Source: Liolophura sinensis
Taxonomy: Eukaryota
Reading direction: 5' to 3'
DNA length: 64,000 nucleotides
Assembly (NCBI RefSeq): GCF_032854445.1
Contig: NC_088300.1
Span: forward strand, 74,576,302 to 74,640,301
Below are positions 50,913 to 62,550 of the stretch, piece by piece. The notes under the pieces were generated by a model, which was not told where the DNA came from, searched no databases, and saw only the letters and a list, made by a program, of their open reading frames with translations. The translations under genes and the position numbers were made by a program. Numbering within the stretch: position 1 is the stretch's first letter; every line of letters begins with the position of its first letter.

Positions 50913-51279
50913 CTGAAAACAACATAGACATTTAAACAAAACATAATAATAATAAAAAAAAAAAACAGAAGAGCAAATGCATAAAGCCAACTTAACATCT
51001 GAAATAGAATTTAATTCTAAGACTGGAGACAATGTTTCTGTACAATTGTTTATACCCCACAACAAACCACACCACAACAAACCACACAACTTATTCTGAC
51101 TCCTGATGCAGCAAAACCTGTATGAGGAAAACTAAACACCATTTCTACAATCTCTTAAAAACTCAGAAAAACTAGCCCAACAGCTTCAATACTAACAGTA
51201 AGTTTTAATGTATGTACACATGGTACAGTTTCAATGAAATGCAGGTATGAACTTAAGTGAGGCCCATTTACTGACGTAC

Positions 51280-51376
51280 CTAGCTGATATTTATCAAAAT
51301 CAGGAAACTTTGTGACCATGACTCGTCTGAGAGCAGCAGGAAGTGATCCATAGTTGATGGACTTGTCATAAAATGC
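51280..51376 (-). CDS. TEP1: TEP1 exon 6, TROVE (AFYDKSINYGSLPAALRRVMVTKFPDFDKYQL)
   Basis: tgtttgcag acceptor and gtacgt donor. Matches human LPACLRTAMTDKFAQFDEYQLAKY. Confidence 0.8.
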
Positions 51377-51630
51377 CTGCAAACACCCAAAATGTTCCAG
51401 AATTAAAGACATTTGTGACAAATTCTTGTTTCTCTCATTGACACAGCTCCTAACTGGGTAGATGATTTGTAGAATATAACTAATTTCATGTTAACGAGAA
51501 TCCTACTGTAGCCTTACCCCAGCTATTACACTATGCAGGCTCATTCTTAGCCCTGAAATCATTGCAATAGTCACTTAATCAGTTCATCTGTGTTCTATTT
51601 TTCATTTTTCTACATTGACAATTTACTCAC

Positions 51631-51792
51631 CTGATACAGCTCTGCCACATCAATCCAATCTGATGGTAAACATATGGCTGCCTTAAAGTATTTTTTCAGG
51701 AAAGTCCGACAAGGATGGACATTTGACGCCAATGCCAGCAGAAAGTTGGCAGGAGTCCGGATGTTTAGCTCTCGTCTTGTATACAAGGCAGT
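51631..51792 (-). CDS. TEP1: TEP1 exon 5, TROVE (TALYTRRELNIRTPANFLLALASNVHPCRTFLKKYFKAAICLPSDWIDVAELYQ)
   Basis: tttctcag acceptor and gtgagt donor. Strong match to human TEP1 TROVE (…YFCAIVQLPSDWIQVAELYQ). Confidence 0.85.
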
Positions 51793-51904
51793 CTGAGAAA
51801 GGCAAGAATATTCAGAGTGAATCCTACTTATAAAATTAACAAAATGTATATCAAAGAAAAACGGACTTATGAGCAAAGTTTGGAATATTAACACCTATGC
51901 TCAC

Positions 51905-52039
51905 CTTCAAAACAAATTCTGGATCATACAGGGCTATGTTTTCTGCGAGGGCCATAAGCTGAGCCCGAGATTCATCCTTGACATCCTTGAAGTTTGGTGA
52001 ACAAATAAGTGAGGAGCTGATGGCATTCAAAAGCGCCAT
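51905..52039 (-). CDS. TEP1: TEP1 exon 4, TROVE domain start (MALLNAISSSL…LYDPEFVLK)
   Basis: tgttgtag acceptor and gtgagc donor. Matches human MALLSLLCSTL…LLEPEFILK. Confidence 0.8.
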
Positions 52040-52357
52040 CTACAACAGTCATTAGGACAAACTCATAAATGGAATGATTATCAGTCATTCAACAATATTA
52101 TCAGTCACAGACTCAATCAAAACAACAAAAATCTCAATCCAACCAAAAAAAAAAAAAAAAAGAGCACAACACATTTTCACTACAAGATTAAAATCTAACA
52201 TAAAATAAACTTCATGATATACTTTTGATGTGCATGTCGTGTGTTTTTGGCATTTATTGTCATCAAGTTAGAGATGAGAACTAGATGTCTGCTACAAAAT
52301 CTGGGTCATTCTCTGAGGAGTTTTGCTAGTACTGTTTTCTCACATGCTGATGAATAC

Positions 52358-52674
52358 CTTTTTGCTGGAAGTATCTAGCACAGGTATGGGGACACTAGTG
52401 GAGGGTGAGAATGCCGGCATCTGCACAGCCTTATCCTCACTCAGTTTGATAAACATCTCATACTTTGGGGCTCCTATATCTTTGTCTCTACTTCCTTCCT
52501 TGAGATGAGCCTTCTCTGGGCTATTCATTTTCTTTGATCCAACTGGAGCACTGGATCTCTTCTCCGTTTTCTCCCATTTCTTGAGTTTTTGTGTGACAGA
52601 TGAGGCTGTTTTCTGAATCTTCACACCAGGTTTGATCCAACGGTTATCTTCTGTCATGTCCCAACCCTTCGTAC
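52358..52674 (-). CDS. TEP1: TEP1 exon 3 (…TKGWDMTEDNRWIKPGVKIQK…SSKK)
   Basis: acaacag acceptor and gtattc donor. ORF 52340..52657 frame. Confidence 0.6.
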
Positions 52675-52982
52675 CTGTTGTACTTGTGTACTTCAGAAGA
52701 TTTGAATCTAGAAGAACAAATCAAATAACTGGACACCTGTAAATGAGTACATTATCTTAAGTCTGAGGTTAAACTCTGTGGCATAAGGTTATTCTCTGAT
52801 AAATGTTCACAAATCCATGAAGCAGTTAGTGAAATTAATATTTCAAAACATATCAATTAAATACAATGTAGTATGTTGTAATCATGCCAGTGGCCAAATA
52901 CAGCTCAATAATTTAATACCATTCAATATAAATAAAGCATAAATGGCCAAAAACTGAGATACATGTAAAACTGAATATGTAC

Positions 52983-53708
52983 CTTTGGTCAGACTTGGAG
53001 ATGGGCCATGTCCTGCAGGAGTCTGTGTCAGCAGGGACAGGGGAGAAGAGAGAGCACTGCTGCGTAATCCACTCCCAGTGGTAGACAGAAGAAGTTTGTT
53101 TTCCAGGCCTGCTGGACTACTCAAGCTCTTCAGTTTGGATGTAGTTACAGGTGTTGAATACCTGCAGGGAGTGGTGACTCCCAGGGTGGGAGTAGCACTC
53201 TTCATCTGAGGAAAGCTGTTCAGTAGGGCAGACTGACAAGTCAGCAAACTAGATGAAGTCTTTGTTAGGCCTTTATCCATCTGCATCAGACCTGGTGTCA
53301 GCTTTGTCTGCCTAGGTGAGGCTGTCATTAAACCAGGTGATGCCTTCACTAAGCCAGGTGAGGTTTTCTTTAATCCAGGTGAGGTGACTACCAAGCTTGA
53401 ATCAATAGTTTTCAATAAAACATTTGAACACTTAGATGCTGATAGGACAGGGGTTTTACTTTTCTTAGAGGCAGCCCTCTTCTTCTTCAAGATCATTTCT
53501 TTTTTCTTCCTTTGAATATCAGGGGAAGACTGTAGACGCTGGAAGACAGCTGTGTCAAGTCGTCCTGCAGAGGTTCTCTGGGGTTGCCCACAGATTGAGC
53601 TATCCAGAACTTGTGCATCGTTGTTAGATAACAGTAGAGCATGACTGCTGGACAGGTATGATTGATAGGACTTTAATCCAATCACTGGGGTGGAACTCTT
53701 AAGATTAC
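52983..53708 (-). CDS. TEP1: TEP1 exon 2, a large Ser/Thr/Pro-rich low-complexity N-terminal region (SPGLKKTSPGLVKASPGLMTASP…)
   Basis: ORF 52882..53823 frame. ttgaaag acceptor and gtacat donor. Phase 1 in, 1 out. Confidence 0.65.
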
Positions 53709-54065
53709 CTTTCAATGTTGAAAACACACAGAAAGTACATATACAGTACATATATAAAGAAACTCTGATAGCTAACGACATCAGAAAACATAGGCTACTG
53801 CCGGTCACTAAATCTACAGTCAAAAATCAAATGAAAGTAAAAGGTTGATTTCCCAGCATTAATAATTTAGTAATACATCTATTAATTATGATAATAATTC
53901 CTACATTAAATTAAATTATTACTGCAAATTAAATCTCAATAAACATCTCAACACTGCATATCCATTCCTAACAATATAAATATCTCATAAGTATTGGTTG
54001 ATGAGGAGTCAGTATTTGATGATTTCTTTCAGTTGACCTATGCTATTTCAACAATACAAACTCAC

Positions 54066-54129
54066 CAGGCTTAGAGGATAATCCCAGTGTCCCTGCTCCC
54101 AGCTGAGGATTGGATAGCGTTGGAGGCAT
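54066..54129 (-). CDS. TEP1: TEP1 start-codon exon (MPPTLSNPQLGAGTLGLSSKPG)
   Basis: ATG at 54129-54127 with an in-frame TAA three codons upstream. gtgagt donor at 54065-54060. Confidence 0.6.
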
Positions 54130-54611
54130 TGTGTCTTACAACTGCACACTCATACATATAACTGATACAAGTTCTAGCTCAGGATTACTGTATAGGTCTG
54201 CAATCACCACCAACAAGGACATATGCAGAAATCGTGTATGTCACCACCACCTAAATAAAAACAACATACGTATTTCTCCCAATTTCTGGCTAGCATTGTC
54301 ACAATGTATTTTCAGAAGAACAGTGGGCCTACCGGTACAGGCATGAAATGATGCCAACACTTAAGTCTTTCTCATAATAAATTTGTCGTTTAATTAAATT
54401 AAACGCTGAAGCCTATTGAAATATTAGAAATCGATGACCTCGGGGTTTAATTTTAGAATTTAGTTCAATTAACTTCCAGCATAAGATGGATTCGAGCGCT
54501 GGCTGTAAGAACGCCCAGTTAGCTGGCCTGCAACAACATGTTCATGTGGACAAGAAGATTGTATGTTTCCGCATTATTAAAAACTGCTATTTTGCAGATA
54601 ACAGACCTTAC

Positions 54612-54740
54612 CTACTGCTTGTGGATCAACGCATGAAGTGACAAAATGTTGCAATCTATTGAAACTCGACGAAACCTAGCCCGAAAATGCTGACACCGCC
54701 AGTAGAAATGTCTGTCGCAACACTGAGAAATTGTTTACAT
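54612..54740 (-). other. TEP1: Candidate non-coding first exon (5'UTR) of TEP1
   Basis: The - strand gtaagg donor sits at 54611-54606. A gtgtgcag acceptor lies just upstream of the ATG exon, near 54145. The 5' extent is a guess. Confidence 0.3.
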
Positions 54741-55842
54741 GTAGACACTCTCCACTATTCGGATCATGTCAAGATTGACCCATAATACTATTGAGTTTAT
54801 GTTATCAAATGGAAAATGCCGGCTGCATGGGGTGTATACATAAGTGAGTTGCCGAACACGTCCAAACTACCCACAGCCCATGAACCACCTGTCATGCACC
54901 TGAGGTGCATACACATACATATTTTTGCCAGCGTTTGTCCGTCTGTCTATCTATCAGCAAATTCTCGGGAAAGGATACACAGGGATTTGAATGGAATCGG
55001 TGCACATGTTGGCAGTTTAGTCTTTACATTTTGGTCTGGATCCGGATCACCCGTGCCAGACAGGAGACAATTGCAGAGTAGTTCCCCTTTGTTAGTCGCC
55101 AGAGCTGGGGTGGAAATTAGAGCTAATGATAGCTATAACTGAAATGTTTCTTTTTTGCAAATTATTCAGATCAGGTACCATTGTATTTCTCACAGTGTTT
55201 AACTATTGATACAGCTATAATTGCTAAGTATATTGTGGCAAATTGGGATTTGATTTAGTATTTTACCATATATTTGATTGCTGCTGTGTGTAAATGTACC
55301 TCTACGTTCAGAAAAAATGTATTGGGTCCGTAACAACGACATCCCTCCTCTTCCGTTTAAAGTGCATTTTTTTGGATGCAAGATACGTGTAAATCCAACA
55401 AATAAATGGGTAAACTATGCATCAATCTGTCAATGCCATGGAAATATGCCAGGAGAACAATTTTGTTTCGCTAATGGCATCCTTCCCCAGCCATCTTCTG
55501 CTATGTTTATTATAACGGCTTACATTTAATGGTATATCCCGGTGCATAATGAGACAGATGCACGAAAATATAAAAGAACAATGTAAACAGTTAATCTCCT
55601 AATGAATGAGAAATTAAGGTATACTTAGGCTACATATCTAGAGTTTATGGCGTACTCGCGGTAGAACCACTGTACCACTAGTGAATCAAATGCTGAATCA
55701 TTGATTTTGGACACCGCCATCCATGATTTTATTATACATGTATATTTATTACCTTTGGAGAAATTTCCTGTCGTTGAAATTTACTATTCCAATGACTAAC
55801 AATGCGTACGAACAAGCTATTCCAACACTAGCAAATATGTTG

Positions 55843-55866
55843 TTTGGAACTGAACAAAGTTAATGA
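55843..55866 (+). promoter_or_regulatory. Perfect CRE palindrome TGACGTCA immediately followed by a TATA-like tatatag
   Basis: gttaaTGACGTCAtatatagatactcgc. A downstream segment ends in a consensus gtaagt donor at 56103. Confidence 0.4.
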
Positions 55867-57649
55867 CGTCATATATAGATACTCGCTTCAAGCGGTCCAT
55901 TATCTTCGTCTTAAAATTTGAACATTCGTCTTCATTGTTTGCCTTTTGTGTCAGACTGTGCTACCGCCGTGTGTCAGTCAAATTACGTTCACCTACAATA
56001 AAGGTTTACCCTTGTCTGTTCGCACTTTAGCTGCATGATAAACATGGTCACAATTCCAGAGACTCTGAAAGACCATGCTTAAAAAAATGTTTGTTGTGGG
56101 TAAGTTCAATCTTTTTTTTTTATTTCGGGAAATGTGAGAATTTCTTTCTTCGGGAGACAAATATTGCCGTGCACAAACCACTGCACTGCTCCGATTTACA
56201 GAAATTAGTTTCGGCATTTGTCAGAGTAAAATTCATTTCAATCACTATGTTACAGCACATTCATCTTCATCCCATGAATATTGGCCCTAAAAATCTAACC
56301 ATAACATCGTTTAAAACCTAATCTTTTTGCAGCCGATAGTCACAGAACGGTTTAATATACACCACATTAGTCAGTGTGGTTCGGTACTACTCGTCATCGT
56401 CAGAGCAGCTGACCCACAGTTGTGTGGTTAATACCTTATAATCACCCTGCAATTGCACTGCACAAGAACCAGGTCCCTTTCCAAACTCATGGGTTCTAGT
56501 TTTTAGTTAAAATAGGCTTTCGAAAAGAGGAAGAAAAGACAGACCTACATGTAGTATTGGATATATACGCTCATACTTCATTTTCTATGTGTATGTGTAG
56601 CTAGGCTACCCTTTTCCACTACAAAAAATAATCATGGTTGCTGGAATGTATGAAATATTAGCAGTTCTTAGTTGGGTTTGCGTGTGTGGTATACCGGTTC
56701 AAATGTGAATTACACATTAATAGTTAGTATCAGGACTGCCGCTGAACAAATGATAACGAATTTGGTATCCACTTCGATAAGAGGTTTCTGTACTTATCAG
56801 GAAGATTTTATCCGCCAATGTGTGCTGTATGAAGTGGCAATAACATGTGCGCGAGTAAAAAAAAAAAAAAACACTTGTGTGACGCAATGTACGTGCAACT
56901 AAATTTACAACTGCGTGTATGCATATGCATATAGGCTTTTACTGATCTTATATATAGAGTAAGTATTACATCTTCACAGTTTCAAGGTCGCGTTAACTTA
57001 TATGAGGGACAGAGGGTTGTTGCAAGGTTTGTATTACAAATGCTGATTCAGAATGGTCAGGGCGGCCTGGTCGACACGCTTACAGGTCATGCTGTTGGGG
57101 GCAAGAGAACTTCAGACTGTGCTAGAACTGATAGGTCAGCTTGACTCGCCCAAAGGCGGGGCTGGGGCGTTCTTCTGTACACTGAGATCATCGCGCGACC
57201 TTCATTAAACCCGCTAAACATGAAGTTTTCATGTGCATTGCAAAGATGAGACGACTTCAGATACACCGACGGCAAGCACGGCTATAGGGCACACATATGA
57301 CTGACGAATTCATGCATGAAGAATGCATGCAGTCAAGGTTTGAAAATCTTTTCTTCCACTGAGAATGCAATAATATGCTTATATGCACTCCTACTCCTAC
57401 TCGCCATGTGAGTCTACAACCGGCCAACGGAAACATGAATGCGTTCCACTATCTTCAACTGCATGCGTTCAACTTGCCTGAATGTGCTAAACACCAGAGG
57501 ATGTCATGCCAACAAACTGACATTGACAGTGCAGGAGTCGCTATTTCCGTCGTGGTAACAGAGCCTTACTAACAAATCTTTTATGTGTGCATGATTGCAT
57601 GCATTAAATCACAAACCATATGTTTGCCGGTCGTATACTGTCGAATACA

Positions 57650-57900
57650 TTGCAAATAAGAGGAGACCATCACAACCTAGTGGTTAGCGTGCTATGGCGC
57701 TGCACAATGACCCAGAAGTGTCACGAATGCGATCGCTGTGAGTTCAAGTCCAACTCACGCTGGCTTCCTCTCCGCTCCTATGTGGGAAGGTCTTCCAGTA
57801 ACCTGCAGATGGTCGTGGGTTTCCTTCCACCATAATGCTGGCCGCCGTCGTATATAAGTGAAATATTCTTCAGTGCAAGGTAAAACCCCAATCAAATAAA
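57650..57900 (+). mobile_element. SINE copy, full length
   Basis: tRNA-like head …tggttagcgtgctatggcgctgcacaatgacc…gtgagttcaagtccaactcacgctggc plus the core and tail. Confidence 0.8.
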
Positions 57901-59679
57901 ATACCGCAATCAAGAGAAGTTTGGTCCACACACGCATAAACTGCCACGAGCGATTTTTTTCCTTTTCATATTAATAATATATGATGATGCATTAGTGGTG
58001 TTATAAAATATGTAAAATACATATAAAATAAATATAAAGTATAAAATACATATATCATATTCAAAATGCTATCAGAGACGAGAACTGTTATGATCATGGA
58101 TGATGCTTTCGCTGTCCAGCATCTGAAGTATAGATCTTCATATAGTTACAAACCAAATTCAGTCGATTTTGATTTCTATCTATTAGCTTGAAGTCTAACT
58201 TATACAGATTGTAGATTTTGGAGACTTTCCTCTGGTACCAGATCAACTTTGTAATTTTACTAGGAATTTTGTTCCCTAATTAAAATATGTTCTAAAACAA
58301 AAGGGGGCCGTCTACCAAATACCCATCGAACTGGTATAAGCCAAGTTACCGCTTCGGTGGCATAATGGTTAGAGTATCTGCCTATAAGTCAGGAGATCTA
58401 GCTGGGACTTACCAAAGACAAAGAAAATGGCACTTGTTGCTGCCTCACTTGGCGGGCAGAATCATGATGTAGGCCAACACACACCTGCAATGAATCCTCG
58501 ACATCATATGGCTGAAAATTGCAAAGTAGGACGTAAAGCTCCAAGTGTACATATGTGCATATAAGCCGGGATGAAAGAGACAGTGGGAATGTCTATAAGG
58601 TAACAGTCACAGAAACAACGACCTTTCAAAACATGTCAAGGTGAGTTAAAAAAAACAAGGTTTCTTGTATACACGACCAGGTGTGTATGTGATACAAATT
58701 CGATAAAAAAAATGCCACAAAGGGATTGTGTTTATATAAGCCTGGTACAAGCCAAAATATAACTTAAATGTCCCCCAGTGATCGATGAATAGGATTTTTC
58801 CAAGCGTACTTGTGGTATAAATTTGTTTATAGTGGTTACATGCCTTCAAGACTCCAAGTGTTTACTTGATATGGACAAATCGTGACGGACATACAAACGC
58901 TATACGGCAACATACCATACAAGCCAAGTACGTTTGTGTGGTTTTACGCTTGATTAAAAAGTAATGAAACAGCCAAATTTAAACGAAAAGCCAAGGTCTC
59001 TCTAGGCCAAAACTTGATAATCCATATGGCCCATCTGCATGCCTGGCGTTCGTCAGTATCTTCGATCATAGTTTTCGAGTTTTAATCATATAAGGTTTGG
59101 TTCTCTTAACTAGCCTTAAACATGTCTGTCTGTTTTATTTCATTTTGAATATTTTCATTATCACATCGAAAACCATTCACGGCTTCCTGCATGGTGCAAA
59201 TATGTTCTCGCCACGACATGGCTGAAATACTGACAATGTGGCGTTAAGCCATAATCATTCATTCATTCGATTACTGCTCTTTTATTGAATAGTTCTTTAA
59301 TTAACACATTTGAAATTTTGGCATACATATGTGTGTTTTCCGCCGTATTCATTTGATTCTATTACATATTCAGGCCTACAGCATGGTCGTTGATACTTCT
59401 TAGTTATACAGGACATGCAAACTTCACTGGAATCTGAAGAGCAAGCCAAACATGTATGTGGTATTGCACAGATTATATATATATAAGTGCATGCACGCAT
59501 GCCTTTGTACGTCAGAGAAGAGCTATTCAGTTACTAGTCAGATATCCTTATAATATCAATGGCCATGCTTATGGAAGGCTTTGAATCTCCCCGATGAATA
59601 TATATTTGTTCGTATACATAGGAATGGCATGTTTTTCCCCATTGTTCCATTAATTGGTGACGAACATTTTATGATGCTG

Positions 59680-59830
59680 GCCATGGAAGGTCTCCCAGCA
59701 ACCTGCGGATGATCGTGGTTTTCCTCCGGGCCCTGCCCAGTTTCCCCCCACCATAATGCCAGCCGCGGTAGTATAAGTGAAATATTCTTGAGTACGGCGT
59801 TAAACAACAGTCAAATAAGTAAATAAATAC
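59680..59830 (+). mobile_element. SINE fragment, 3' half
   Basis: Family consensus. Confidence 0.55.
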
Positions 59831-61139
59831 ATATTATGATGCTATAAGTATGTTTAGATCTTATTCTGGGCGAGAAGGTATACCATATGCGTGCATTTAA
59901 GAAGACATCAAACGGAATTGTCCTGTTACGGTGTAGGCCTACAGTGCACAAATATGCTATAATTTAAATGCGTTTTAAAGATGTAGCATATATACATGAG
60001 GTATACATGAAGGATTATGCATACAGTATGCTCTTTTCACAGCTGGAACTTCATGTATAAAACACATGTAATTCGTCATAAACATGCATATACGTGAAAT
60101 ATGTACTTATTTATTGATTGATGTTCAGCGCTGTACTCGTGAATCTTTGAATGGCCGCAGCCTGGTTTATATGCCTGGCATTACACTGAACTCACGATAG
60201 AAACTGAAGCCAAACGATATCAAGGTTTGTAATTTTGTTAAACCCAATATATGACCACATATGTGTATATGTTTAAACACCATGCAGAACGTAAAATGTA
60301 AAAATGAAAACAAAAAAAAGTATAAAATGTGTCTAAATTGGGAATATATATTGTGAAATTATGTATTCACTAAAATTAATCTGTAAATGAGCACTAAGCG
60401 AGTGTATGCTAACTATTTGTTTCACAATAACTGAGGGTATATTAATCAGTCTTACACTCCGTTGTTGTTGATTATTCCCAAAAAACATTACAAACGCCTA
60501 CATACAGCTGGAGTAGAACACACACCTAATGTATACCATCTATGCTATTAAGACTAATTAAGTATTAGTACATATACGTCGATAGAGTTACTTGAATTTG
60601 TAACCACATCATTTATATATGACATTAACACAGATGAAAGTAGGCTTGGTCGCACTGCTACCGGGTGTAAAATATAAAGGGCTCGCCTGTAGAAGACACA
60701 TATACCAACTCTGAATGTAAAAATTTCATTTCAATACAATTAAGTGCATTTACCTTGATATGGCGTGGATGTGTGAAAAACATGAACTCTGTGGTTCCCA
60801 TACCTACTCTTTCCGATATTTGCCTTATAACACTTACAGCTATAATGATTCTAATACTCGAAAGACTAAATAATGAGTTTTGTAATTCACGATAAATGTG
60901 CGCATGCACCACACAACAGGAACCGAGAACTGGGAACAAATTTACTTTCTGAATGTCTAACCGGGGACCTGGAACTGGGAGCTAACTTCACGGGTATACA
61001 CACGACATCAACGCTGGAATCCTTATATATAGGCAGATGTGCAAAACTTGAGTTCAATATACATACAATACTTGTGATGACATCATCATTAACATATATT
61101 ACTTTCATATGGATTCTAAGGTATAAAATATTTACCGCA

Positions 61140-61340
61140 TTTATTTATTATTTAACTCCTGTTTTACGCCGTATTCAATAATATTTCAATTTATATGACG
61201 GCGGCCAGCACATGTAATGTGGGACAATGGGCAGAGCCTGGGGGAAAGTCACGTCCAACCATGCATCCGTATCTTGCTGGCCTATCTTCACACCGACTAC
61301 GGACGGAGAGAAAGCCAGCATGATCTGGATTTACACGAAC
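61140..61340 (-). mobile_element. SINE copy
   Basis: Family consensus. Confidence 0.6.
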
Positions 61341-61519
61341 CACAAATACTAAAAAAAAGCAAAAACGAAAGTGTTATGAAGCTTTGCTTTAATTAAATGC
61401 CGTATTGGACTCCAAGGCATACTGTACAAAAACTACCGGTAAAACGAACATCCAGTTGGAATTTTATTTAATAAATTAAAGGTTTACATTTATTTATGGA
61501 ACGAGGTAAAACTCCTAAG

Positions 61520-61520
<1 letters not shown>

Positions 61521-61580
<60 letters not shown>
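61521..61580. repeat. (AT)n microsatellite, about 30 units
   Basis: Seen directly. Confidence 0.95.
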
Positions 61581-61583
<3 letters not shown>

Positions 61584-62022
61584 GGGTAGTTAAGTTGTAT
61601 TAGACTGAACAGCCTTCTATACGAACAAAGGCGCTGTACAAAGGCTATTAATATCGTAGGATATATAACGTATTGTAATATACAGCATGCACATGTAGCT
61701 CTGCATATGCTCAAACAACAGTGTCCTAGTGCAGACTGAGCTAAAGTCACAACATCCTTTAATCGATGGCTTTGAATTGACAGCTTCCATAATTATCTAC
61801 CTAACGTAACACGTCTTTCAAACGAGCAAATATGACAAACAACGGCTTGAACGCACTTATATATACACAGGTATGTATATATCTTTCCTGCGCGGGGAGA
61901 GCTACGGTTAAGGACCCCAGAATAGCGGCAAGGTGGCCACATCAGCCACATAGTCAGCTGTGCTCAGCCAAACACTCGCGAGGAAAAACAACACGGTCAA
62001 GGTGACCGAGATCTTTGACCTC

Positions 62023-62035
62023 CAGCATTGACCAA
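62023..62035 (+). promoter_or_regulatory. CCAAT box (gaccaataagagc), about 210 bp upstream of the 62244 ATG
   Basis: Sequence motif only. Confidence 0.3.
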
Positions 62036-62243
62036 TAAGAGCATAGGAAACGGGTCATCTGACTAACCGAGATTTGCCGAAGTTGCGTTAAAAATTTCAT
62101 GTCTGTTTTGTTGTGAGTATCGTTTGTTCACGCTACACCACAGTTTTGTTGAGCTTCCTCTGCTGACTTGTAAGCCCCGTGTCTCTTGCAACAGAGAGTT
62201 GGAGTTTTGTTCAGGGTAATTCTGAAAGAAGCTTTGAGAGATA

Positions 62244-62550
62244 ATGGAGGTTGTACAGCAGCAAGGCAACATCAACAACAAGCACCAGGCGGTCGAAAAT
62301 GGTGAAAATGGCGAGCTTAGGTTTGACGACTTCAACGGAAACTTGCCGCGGTCTACAACGGACTCGGCGTTGCTTGACAGTTCCAAAAGTAACAGAGTTA
62401 TTAAGAAGGCAAAACGACCAAGCAAGCAATTGATGAGGTCTGACTCTGATCCCGAAGGACAAACTTTTAGTTCTCTTGGAAACCGTGCAGCATTTTCTAA
62501 AAATAGTCGAAAATCCCGAAACGGAAGAGGCCGAGGTTTGCCGAAGAAAG
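62244..62550 (+). CDS. First coding exon of an unidentified + strand gene (MEVVQQQGNINNKHQAVENGENGELRFDDF…SRKSRNGRGRGLPKKG)
   Basis: ATG at 62244 in ORF 62244..62609. gtattg donor after codon 103, phase 1. ctcttgcaacag acceptor-like site near 62200. Basic RG/K-rich tail. Confidence 0.5.

Larger units (their letters stand above)
9316..54740 (-). other. TEP1: TEP1 gene span (telomerase-associated protein 1 / vault TROVE-NACHT-WD40 protein), about 45 kb with 55 coding exons
   Basis: Co-linear blocks match human TEP1. LPSDWI(Q/D)VAELYQ of the TROVE domain is near 51.6 kb. [14 protein letters not shown] is near 40.6 kb. The NACHT P-loop GKSGTGKS is near 35.1 kb. More than 25 WD40 repeat exons run to a C-terminal GNVYFL motif near 9.9 kb. 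All introns are GT-AG. Confidence 0.85.

Noticed and set aside
52985-53209. The + strand ORF antisense to TEP1 exon 2
   Set aside because: It is an antisense open frame inside a low-complexity coding exon. There is no independent support.
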